In this document: positions 27,230-37,924 of the stretch, piece by piece | How the letters are laid out: the number at the start of each line of letters is the position of its first letter | Position numbering within the stretch: the stretch's first letter is position 1 | Assembly (NCBI GenBank): GCA_051294905.1 | Contig: CM119371.1 | Coordinates: 15,688,001-15,752,000 of the forward strand | Source: Botryllus schlosseri | Taxonomy: Eukaryota | Length of the DNA: 64,000 nucleotides | Direction of reading: 5' to 3' | The notes under the pieces: model-generated | The model's database searches: none | What the model was told of the DNA's origin: nothing | What the model saw: the letters and a program-made list of their open reading frames with translations, nothing else | Program-made: the position numbers and the translations under genes

Positions 27230-28505
27230 AGAATCAGCGGAACATGCACGTGCACGTGGCGATATAATCGAAAGCTGAAAACCACATAGCGTTTTGTGAT
27301 AAGGTTTCCGTTAACGCATCAAAAATAAATTTCCGAACTAGAGTATTTCGTAATATTCACGGTCCGTTATCTATGAATCCAAACCAATGTACGCTGTTCA
27401 GTTATTATTCGACTGAACAAGATATGACATATTAAATAGCGAATTTTATAATAGGTCTAGTGCTGAGATAAGAACATCACGGCCGTAATGTTAATAATAT
27501 TTAAAGTCACCGATAACACCTTAACTTAGCGGAGGCCATTAAGCTATGAAGGTTGATAAAAATGCGTTGTAGGCATAAAGGATGCCGCTCGACATTACAT
27601 TCAATGGATATAAATCCGACACGAGACTGCGGTACTGGTCAAAGGTTCTATCGTATAGACACAGGAATGATCGCAAAGAGGCCCGCCTTAGCCCCGGTCC
27701 GTTCAATCTGCAGGTTTGTTCGGACCAGGAAGCGTTATGCTCTGAACTTCTTCATCCCGCCTCTACACGCACCCGGGTCGAACGAATGCCAGCCCCCGAT
27801 TTCTCGCATCTCAATTCAATATACAATGAGAGTTGCCGTGTAATTGCATAAATCGGTGATATTTTCTCAGTAAATGTGGGACATAATTCCATTCTTAGCG
27901 TATGGTAATCCCATAAGATATAGTGCTTAACGAATTCAACGATTGTGGGATAAGTTAATTTGATCTGTGCACAAGATAAATCCCATATTAACGAATTCAA
28001 GCAAAAGATACCAAGACCTAATTCACATTCGACCATATCTTAGCGTAATATTTTGGTGGGAAATCATAGATTAGTGACACAGGTAACGCGTATTGAATGT
28101 AATGCGCTTCATTTTGTCAACAACCAAAGTCATTTGCCTTTGCGCGTCAGTCATATATTGTCTCAGAATTGCTGAGCTATCATTTACTGACGGCGCGACA
28201 CAATTTTGAACGGGAAGGCGATTAGATTCTTGCGGTTCGACGATAGTCGAATTTTTCGCAATGTGCGCTGATAGCCCCGGCTGTCCGGAGAAAATGGCGT
28301 CGTTATTTTGACCAATTTTAGCAATTAGATTAATTTTTGCTTCGCCTAAATACGTAGGCTCGTTTATAGCAAAGCTGATAGGAAAAGCGTGCCCAATTCT
28401 TTCATCGGCAATACCGAGTAAAGCAACTTCGTGCTTAACATCTTTAGCGTGACCGATTTCAGAGTCTAGTACCATCTCAGCTGGTTGCATAGTTTTACTC
28501 GCCAT
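27230..28505 (-). pseudogene. Decayed first ORF of the LTR element, probably gag-like (3' end approximate)
   Basis: First long ATG ORF after the PBS. Fragments WDYHTLRMELCPTF...RQLSL and FDQYRSLVSDLYP...AYNAFLSTF resemble retrotransposon capsid helices. Several stops and frameshifts. Confidence 0.45.
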
Positions 28506-28753
28506 TTAGACACTTTAGTGAACACTTGTCTATGACAAATATCGAATATGTTACGACAAAACAACAATAACACTTCAAAAATCACTAACACATACACAAT
28601 TTAATAGGGTCAGCTGTCATGATCGTTTTCAACAGAAATTGACAATTAAAAACGTGTACCGTGTTCGTCCGTGAAGAATGTCCTTGTCGTCGATAGCAAA
28701 AACGTCAGTCTCAGTATTGAAGTTGTATACCCGAACGACTTTCTCAGGGCCCA

Positions 28754-29082
28754 TGCAGCAATTAGAGCTTATTGTCTCTGATGATCTGTATAAAAGTACA
28801 GCTAACCAATCGTCTTGGTGCTCGGCTATACAATACTTATCTCGAGAAGCTGTTGCCTTGGGTGAAGTTCTTCGTACCAGATATATGCTCAATACAATGG
28901 TTTATTCGACGTTGATGCAGTAGTAGCGTATAGAGTCTCAATCATAATAAAGGTAATCTCTAACACGTGTTACCTACACTTATATAGAAGTCTCGACTCT
29001 CTAGTAATCACAACGAGAAGTAGTTTCTTATTCGAGACATAGTGAAATATCATGGGCGAGTGATCACAGCGTTATCACTGCA
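28754..29082 (-). repeat. 5' LTR
   Basis: Identical to 25056-25384; adjacent TGGGCCCTGAG on the minus strand. Confidence 0.92.
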
Positions 29083-32000
29083 ATGTGACGAAATGAAAAT
29101 AGATTCGTGGTTTTAATTGAATTGTGACTGTGTTGTTTTAATGCACTTTTCAACAGGTAGACTTGACACTGAACAACAATTCGACTCACAAAAAATGTTT
29201 GTTGTATGATTTGTCACCGGTGTGCAAAGGGTTAGGAATATTTTTGATTTACTGCTATGGCATTGACATAACCCTCTGAAAGTGAGTATGCTTTTCTTTC
29301 ACGAAAGTTTACGTGGCTCTGTTGTAATAAATTTGTGTTAACTAAACTCGGATGGATACCACAATTGTGCTGGCCTTGCACCACCAATCATTCTACGGGT
29401 TTGTAGCATGAGCGACTATTTTCGTGCATCATGAATATCTTTCGTATACACTTAGTATGAAATGAGATGTGTGGAACAATAACTAGTGTCGTACAAAGTG
29501 TTGTGTTTGATTGCTTACTTTTTATCAATGTCTTTGTGATGTTAAAAGACGACTGAGTTTTCATTTACATTAAGCGGAGAAACTCATGTAATAAATTTTA
29601 CTCATTTGAAAATCGACTCGCGTGAAAATACCGATCAATGGAGTAGCAATATCAATATGGGTGGTATATTATTTTTCGCGATATGCACCAACCTTCTAAG
29701 TATAACTTTTCAAAAATTTATCATGTCATAGAAAAGTTGGTTTTTATGAAATCGAAACAAATATACTTCGATTATCACGACAAAGGAATTGAGATCAACG
29801 CAGTATTTCGAAATGGTATGTTCTGCAATCGCTAAATATCAAACTGTGCATAAAACTCGGTTAGGTAAACGACCCAGTTACAAGGCGGATGTCTTCTTGA
29901 TGTACAGATGGCAGTCTGATGATGTAAAGCTCAACCACTCTAGCGATTCGAAGCAATTGTACTTCGATTATTATGATGATGGAAATTACGATCAACGGAG
30001 TATTTCGAAGTGACTGTGTATCGTTCGGTATGTTCACCAATCGCTAAATGTCGGTTAATTAAACGATACAAATGACAGCTTGATGATGGCAAAGCTCAAC
30101 CACGCAAATGTGTTCATTGCAAAGTATATTTGACACAAACAAAATATCGAATGGAGACCATCACATTGGTTTCATTTCGAGTGAGTGAAAATTGTTTTCT
30201 GTTGGCCAGGTAGGACACATTTGACAAACATCGTGCACATTGTATCTTCGTGATGGTAACGACTTTCAGCGGCTTGGTTTCATGTCGGGAATTATGATTT
30301 GGGGGTTCAAAAACAATCAATACTACAAATGAACAACAATGCAAAACACGTTTAGCAAATAACAGTGTGGCAAGTACTTTTTCGATATTACGATTGTTGT
30401 GTACCAGACACTTCTAGTTGAATTGAATGCATCTAACAAACATATCACAATTTACTTTTGTAATGATCAAAGTATGTGAAATGGTGCGAACGGATTAGGT
30501 ATTATTCAAGCGGCGGTATGTCAATTCACCTAGTGTGATATCTTGACACCGGGTAATGCGCGAAAGTGTTTCAATTCTCACCGCGGATTATGATGATAAA
30601 GTATTGTACCGGTTGTTAATCAGCAAACGAAATTGTCGTTTCATCTTTAGTCTTGGGTACTGGAAATATTTTCTGATATCCGTAATACGCAGAGTGATTT
30701 TTACCAAGGTGGAGTAATTTTCCTATCAAGAACATTTCAGACATACATAGTTTTACAGCTTAATGTTTTAATAACATTGGTACTGAAAAGTTTGTTGCTG
30801 TCATAACATTTACCATAACGCCGGGTCTAATTAACGCAAATAATTTAATAATAAAGTAATGATCAACTATTACAAATCTCATATGTCAAATCAATGTGTC
30901 AATCTTATGTCCACAGCATGATAACTTTGAATATAACACCATTGTTCGATTGTAAGAAATGAATTCTCAACTACGTTGGTCGGACTTTCAAATCTCGTAT
31001 ACTCAAACATATTATGTTAATCTCAAGTCGCCGACACTGAGAAGTAATTACTTTTGTCTTACAAAATATACCGAGTAGTAATTAGTTTGTCTTGCAGAAT
31101 ATACCGCGTAGTAATTCCTCTATCTTACAGAATAGTAACGACTTTTCAAGCTGAATAAAAAAAGATGTGTAGGGATATGAATACAACCAAGCTTGTTATG
31201 GATTTTAGGTTTTAGTGATTGTATGGATTCGTGTATGTTTGGCTGTTTTTCATACTGATACTGTTTGAGTTGGTTGGGTAAGTTACAAACGGATTTACTT
31301 GACAATGTTTTCGTGGTTGACTCTTTGAGTATGGTAAGATGGTGAGATGTCGAGACGTAATACTATTTCCGTACACTCAATTACAACAAAACATAACCCG
31401 CATTCAAATAAGTCGTAAGCTACAAGTGGATTTAAAACTTGATGCTGTTTTGTGGTTGACTCAAGTCAGTAGTCATGTTTGTGTTGATTTCGGGAATGAT
31501 CATGACGAGTTGGTCGGGTAAATTAGGTAATGTGGTTGTAACTATAACCGTAAAGAGATGCTGACATCCCAATATCTTTTACGCTGTCGTATATGGATTC
31601 AATTGTGATAATTTAATTCACGCTGTCGTATATGGATTCAATTGTGATAATTTAATTCTCAGTTATTGTTCTGACACTCAAATCTCGTATACTCAAAATA
31701 TAATATGCCCAAGTCAAATCGTATATGCACCGCTTAATAAATACTCTGTCTTACAGAATAGTATAACGACCTTTACAGTTGGATAAAAATTATCGGTCCT
31801 ATGAATACAACCAGATGAATTAATTCAAGTTTGTGAGTTGTACTGATATAGCCAAGTAAGTGAAAACTAGATTTTAAACACTTGTTAATGTTGTGAATAA
31901 TTCTTTTGAGTATGGTAAGATGTTAAAATGTCTCTTTGACAAACGGAAAGCTGGATCGGGAATAGAGTTGTAATGTTACATTACTTGTTTCAAATCAATG

Positions 32001-34782
32001 TGTGTATAATATCGAAACGGGACTGTGGGGAAGTTGCTAGTCATGTTTGTCAATCCTATTTCAATGCACACTACGCCAAAGTCAAAATAATCGGTTTCGG
32101 GTTAGGATTTTACAATTATTTCACACCTTTTTGAATAAGCGTCAACTTCACAGAGGATTAGGGTTGGGTCAGAAATAAGTGAAAATTTGTCGGTATTCGA
32201 ATCACCGACTACGCCGGTTCTATGGTAAACTAATTTCTAAAGTAACACCTTGCGACTGATTACTAGATTTAGCAAACTATTTCGCACTTCAGCGCGCAGG
32301 TCATTCGAAATATAGGGCGCGCGCGTAATCCTCACAACAAGCCGTGTTCGCAAAACGGATGTAGTTAGTGGGTCGCACATATCAAAACGCAAGCGCAAAC
32401 ATCTGTTTTTCAAAATCACACAATGTACTGCGGTTTAGTGAATTTCCCGTCGGAAATAAGTGACAATTTGTTGCTATTCAAGTTACCCACACTGATGGTT
32501 CTGATAGTCGGTATTTATTAAATCTTACCAGTGAAATCTAGTTCTGTGACAAACTGATTACTAAAATTTCACCGCGTGAGCGATCGGTATGGCTATGACA
32601 CCAAGTCGTGAAAGATGGGTATGTCTGAGACATTATCTTGTCAGTGATCGCGGGGTTTTGCAAACTATTTCACACCTTTTTGAACTTTAACTTCACAAAG
32701 GATTACGGCTAGAATAGAAATAAGTGACAATTTGTTGGTATTCAAGTCTCGCCGGTGATGTATCTGTTATTCGGCACTTATTACACTTATCATGAAATTA
32801 GAGTGAGAACATAAAGCGTCAAGTTGTTGTTTTCGAATTTTGATGTCGAGGTGATAAATTTACGCATTCAATTACAATTCAACTTCGGTTGTGTATTGAG
32901 TGATAGATCGATTTGCCGGAAGTGGTATCTTGTGAGCGATCGTAGGATTTTACAAATATTTCACATCTTTTTGAAGTGTTAGTTTGCGAACGCGACTATT
33001 GTTGATATTCGAATCGCCGTCTGTCGCACGCACTGCGTAAATCCTCACAACAAGCCACGTTTCCGTTTGTGCGGTTATTGTTGGCGACTCGTACATATTC
33101 AACACCACGCGAGAGATACCTGAAAGTACGAATCACGACCGCGCCCATAAGAACACATGGTGAATCACCACAGAACCCGTAAGAATACACGACAGGCGAA
33201 TCGCCGCCACCGCCTATAGCAAAGAGGGTGAGTCACGACCCCGAGTTTTCACGGTGAATCACGACCACGCCCTATACCCGAAAAGGCGAATCACGACCGC
33301 ACCCATAAGAACACATGGCGAATAACCAATGACACATCACCAGAGATCTGGTAAGAAACAATGGCACATCACGAGCGATAGGGGGTCTGAAAGGGTGCCA
33401 TCACCAACACGAGTTTTCACGGCACATCACCGACGAAGCCTATACCGGAAAGGGTGCCATCACCAGAGATCCCATAAGAACACATGGCACCTCACCAGCG
33501 GAAGGGGGGGTCAAAAGGGTGCCATCACCAATACGAGTTTCGCGGCACCTCACCAGCGGGCCCATAAGAAACAATGGCGAATCACGAGCGATCTATATAA
33601 CTACTCACCGATTTTGTTGGATAAATCGACCGCTCGATCCATATGCAATGTCAAGGAGTCAGCTTGGAAACAAATTCAAATGGACTTCAATATTGATAGA
33701 AATACAAGAAATGTCAGTGATTGGACGAAGCTCCGAGCTCTATACAAAAACCTTAAGGCAAAGGCGGCCAAACAAATGACGGATATCAATAAAGAAAATT
33801 TCAAGACTGGAGGTGGGCCGTTCAAGGATCACGATTTATCTCCAATTTCAAATAAGGTTTGTAAGCCAACTTCCTTTCGGTGTGAAGCGGTTCTTTCTGA
33901 AAATTGCTAGTCTAGTTTCTCGTTTTGAATAGTGCGATTCCATTTCCAGCTGCTTGCAATGGAGCTCGCTCAATTCAATCCAACATTACCAGACTCTGAG
34001 TTGGACACAGACACAGAAAGAGCTTCTTTTCCTCAGTTTGGTGGGTTCATTGCAAGTACAGAAAAAGGTTGGTAATCAGAAGCTCAGCTGAACAGTCCTT
34101 TCAGCGTTAGATACTATTCGTGTACCGAATCACAATAGTTTACTATAGTTCGTATGCACTCCAGCAGAGATGCGAGCACTCGTGAGTTTGAGCATATGCA
34201 ATTATGCATGCGAAGATTCGAGTGATGCAGTAATCTTGAGAGAACATTTACAAAAACTTGGTACTAAAGTGATAACATGCACATGCCAATTGCATATATA
34301 TATGTGTCCGAATACACAGATATGCCTGCTTGCATCTCTGTGAGTCTGTGTAATGCATAGAAAATGGATATATAGCATATAGGGGTCCATAGTCTACTTT
34401 CTTATTCACTCACCCTTATCATCAACAATCAGGGCTCCCCATAAACATGTCAAAATTTATGGCTTTGTAATTGATTCAGTGTTAGTTGACCGTTTAAGCA
34501 TTTGTTACCCTAACGCATCATTTATCTGTTCATCTCATGGAAAATACATTATACATGTGTCACCAAGTATCATCTCATGGAAAGTACATGTGTCACCAAG
34601 TATGTCTTGTTTGATTTCAGATGAATTGATCACACTGACAGCTGAGGTGTTGTCTCCGTCGAGCACAGCACCTGCTGACGACTCGCTACTATCTACTGAG
34701 TCGAGCAGACATCCCATCTCTTCGAAATCATTAAGAATGTATGCCACTACTCCGGAGAAACAAGCTTCTCACAAGATACCAG

Positions 34783-35030
34783 GTAGGGATGGTGTGAACG
34801 TGAGGTTCACGTTCGCGTTCCGTGTGTGAACCTCAGAAATTTAGAGGTTCGCGTTCACAAACGAACCCGTGTAGGTTCTGCACTGTGAACCTTTTTCATA
34901 TATTACAATTTTCACTTCATTATAATAATTTCTTTGGTTGAAATTTATTGCATTTCAACTGCAAGCCACTCTATGCATGGCGTTGACAGCATAAAAAAAT
35001 CAACACTAAACGAGCATGCACTTTGACGAT
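34783..35030. mobile_element. Truncated end of the TAGGGATG hAT MITE family (cuts off the Myb/SANT gene)
   Basis: TAGGGATGGTGTGAACG... is the diverged reverse complement of ~42990-43241. Confidence 0.75.
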
Positions 35031-35459
35031 CAAATGATCTGATACCAGATCAATCTTCTGTGGATTCAAAAATATTGTACATAAAATCGAGGCACATCAA
35101 AGGTGCAATAGCTGGAATATTATAACCCGATATTTTTACGATGTCATGATGCATCGTCTTGCATGATGTCTATAACTCATTATTTTAACAAATTATGCCC
35201 GCCACAAAAACAATTTTTTCAAATATTTGAAAATGTTATCTTTTTCCTAATCAAACGTGAATAGTACAAAGGGAATTACATTTTCACGATGTTTGTGGAA
35301 TGCCTGTCTGCAAGGTCCCGTTAAATAGGACCTAGCTGGAAATTATATATTGCACGTCCCTATTATTGATGCTGCGGCCCGCGGCATCAACAAAAAGTAG
35401 CAAATTGACCCGCGAGCACATTTGAGTTTGAGACCTCTAGTTTAAAACACGTTTTAAAC

Positions 35460-36969
35460 CAGGGGTCTCCAACACGCGGCCCGCGGGCCGCATGCGGCCC
35501 GCGAGGTCATATTTTGCGGCCCGCGACCTGATTTGAAATTTCGGAAGAAGGCTTAGTAAAGTATTTTGAAATGCTGAAATTGATTTCATTTTTTTAAACA
35601 TATTGTTGTTGTTGTTCAAAGTAAGTTATTCTCCTGTGTCCAATATCACTATTCCTCACTAGCTGATACGGCTTCGGCGATTGCATTATCATTCCATGGA
35701 GGAAGAACTTGTTGATATGACCATTCATATTTTCTTGACGGGCAATGGCCCACCACTGCCGAGACCGAGTCGCTTAGAAAACGACTTCGGGCTCCTCAAA
35801 AGATCAAACTTTACGAGGAGATAGTTTTCCAGCAAGAACTGTGTCCAGGCCATCCGCAGCCAATCTACGACAGTAGAAGAAACGAATTGACTCCCTAATT
35901 ATTGAGAGATTTGAATTATTCTTGAAATATTCTCCGCGCTGCACGCGGTTCGATGCGAGTTTGGTTCCGATTTTAATATAGTAGTGTGCTTATTGTTATC
36001 TGAGCCGTACAGTACAGATGCGAACAGCAGAGGAAATTGATGCGCCACATAAAGAAATACCTATTAGTAATCGTGTTCTCCTCGTGAAGGAAATTTGTTT
36101 CTGGTAGGCATACGTTTGGGCAAATCCAATATATTTCCACTATACCGACAATCCTGATGTGAGATAGCAACATGTAACAAAGGGGACTAATAACAATTCG
36201 CCCACGCAAAATGCAGCACAGCATTGATAACTTCGCTAAATGTTTGAACACACCCCCTGCATCAACTCTACCGGTGAATCTGATGACATGGGCTGAAAAG
36301 GATAAATATTTGATAGTAAGGAAAATGGACGTAGTTTATTTTTGTCCTTGATGTTTTTTGCGGCATATACACCGACTCATGATACACATGCACACGATCT
36401 GCGCATGCATATGCATACCATGAGTGCATGATGTGCATATGCCGCTGGACAAGGAAGGTACATATATAGCCTTGTATGGCTTTCTAAGTCTTTCACCACC
36501 TCTCCACACTATCCCATTATTGCATGAGCATCAAGCGGGGAAGTCATGGATACCAGTTTTACTGATCAGGTCTTTGGTCTGACCCGGCCGGGGATCGAGC
36601 CCACGACCTACCGATCAAGAAGCCGGACGCTTTACCATTACGCTATCTCGTCGATAATAGGTGAATAATAAGTAATAGGTGAAACTATACTGATATTAAT
36701 GACGAAATTTCTCATGGTTGCGGAAAAATTTTCGCGCTTCGCGCGTCTACAAAACGAATCCCTTGACTATTCATAACATGACTACTCGCGATTTCGGTGT
36801 GCATAGTAAGCCGATATGAGTAAATAGATTAGTTTAGAGTTCACCGGCAACGGACAATGGACATGAAACTGCGTTGCCTATTATTATCTCCGTATTGAAG
36901 TCATGCGGCCCGCGGCCTCTACGAATTTCGAAAATTGGCCCGCGACTCATTTTGAGTTGGCGACCCCTG
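35460..36969. mobile_element. Non-autonomous hAT-type element containing a tRNA-derived SINE (~36530-36650, -)
   Basis: Termini CAGGGGTCTCCAAC...GTTGGCGACCCCTG with GCGGCCCGCG subterminal motifs; TSD is imperfect. Confidence 0.7.
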
Positions 36970-37924
36970 TATTTAAACAAAGTGTTTTAAACAAACATTT
37001 GTTTTAAATGCAGCCTTAAATACAATAGTATTTTACAATGGGCGTCTTGGATAAGGTGTGACCAAAATTTACATCCGTCCAGCAAGAGTTTGAACCGCGT
37101 ATTTCGAATATCGGTCAGGAACATATGGCGGACACAATGCTGTTGCATGAGAATAAAGGGGAATCTATATAGTGTATGAGTTCTTTAAATCTGCGAAGCA
37201 CACCACGGAATGGTAATTGAGGTATCTCGCTTCGACATATACTGCCACGCAAGTTCCAAACATCTGAAGCAGGCGACATATCGCTTCGTCGTTCGGAAAG
37301 AGCATTATCAAACATTATTCGTGAAAACTCGAATCGATCTATTAATCTGAATCGAGTTATCGCGAAGTATTATGAGAGCCTTCAATCCGTCTATCATATT
37401 ATGCTCATTTCCAAAAGCTATTTAGCCATTTCCATAACCTATAAGCCGCAACAATGTAGGTCTATAACGCCTATCTATCAAAATATGTTACCATAGTTGT
37501 GACCAAATATAAAACGTTGTGTCTTAAAATCAACGCTCCGTAATACTGTAGAAACACATATGCTGGTATAAAGTTGTAAACCTCTTACAGGTATTGTTAC
37601 GGTGAGATATCATGTAAATACATTGCAAATCTTTTGAATTGAATCCCTAATGAAAGTATGGATAAATATTCAAATTATTCGACCGCACTGGCACTGACGG
37701 CACATGGCGCAACTTCCTATTTCTTCTCACAAACAAATCTATGTCACAGGATGTTTGTATAGGTAGTTTTACATGAATAACAAATTTTTGAATGAAATAA
37801 AAAAACGTCGATAAATGTTAGGCGTAGTGATCTGTGGTTATGGCGTAGGACACCTTTCCACGTTTTCTTTGCACATTCGGTAGATTCTGTGATACTCTGC
37901 TTTCACCACGAGATTTATACCAAT

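Larger units (their letters stand above)
25056..29082 (-). mobile_element. Non-autonomous LTR retrotransposon (Gypsy-like by 4-bp TSD), 4,027 bp
   Basis: Two 329-bp direct repeats (25056-25384, 28754-29082) that read identical, with TGCAG...CTGCA ends. 4-bp TSD ATGT (25052-25055, 29083-29086); the mirror arm has a single site. On the minus strand a TGG-starting PBS-like site follows the 5' LTR, a purine-rich AAGTAGAGATAA precedes the 3' LTR, and TATATAA precedes AATAAA within the LTR. No RT or IN ORF. Confidence 0.92.
15969..33605. mobile_element. Non-autonomous fold-back (palindromic) Polinton/Maverick-like element, 17,637 bp
   Basis: Ends AGTAGTTATATAGATCG...CGATCTATATAACTACT with exact 6-bp TSD CACCGA (15963-15968, 33606-33611). 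Arms 15969-22310 and 23233-33605 (less the LTR insertion) are reverse complements; mirrored ORF coordinates sum to constants 49574 and 45543. No intact pPolB, integrase or ATPase ORF is visible. Confidence 0.88.
23233..33605 (-). repeat. Right arm of the giant palindrome, interrupted by an LTR element
   Basis: Reverse complement of 15969-22310 once 25056-29086 (element plus one TSD copy) is removed. Confidence 0.97.
15882..34782 (+). pseudogene. Myb/SANT-like DNA-binding protein gene (PIF/Harbinger ORF2-like), split by the Polinton-like insertion
   Basis: Removing 15969-33611 restores RKGANYSEYEKELLVNLVARTP|ILLDKSTARSICNVKESAWKQIQMDFN...LRALYKNLKAKAAK...KTGGGP. Phase-consistent exons: end 33856, 33950-34067, start 34621. 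There is a frameshift just after the ATG. A possible element left end GCCCGTATTATGAAAAA lies at 15548; no matching right end was found. Confidence 0.85.

Noticed and set aside
27676..27803. HDV-like ribozyme (long hairpin followed by CTAA on the minus strand)
   Set aside because: No P1/P2/P3 pairings could be built upstream.
15969..33605. Palindrome as a pure sequencing or assembly fold-back artefact
   Set aside because: The flanks are unique and rejoin one reading frame with a 6-bp TSD, one arm has its own LTR insertion with TSD, and the arms differ at a few bases. Not formally excluded without reads.
15969..33605. Autonomous Polinton with pPolB, integrase, ATPase and protease
   Set aside because: No ORF of suitable length or recognisable motifs in any frame.
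33329..33910. 193-aa ORF as a real fusion protein
   Set aside because: The N-terminal half is translated terminal repeat running by chance in frame into the broken Myb/SANT exon and on into its intron; no evidence of expression.
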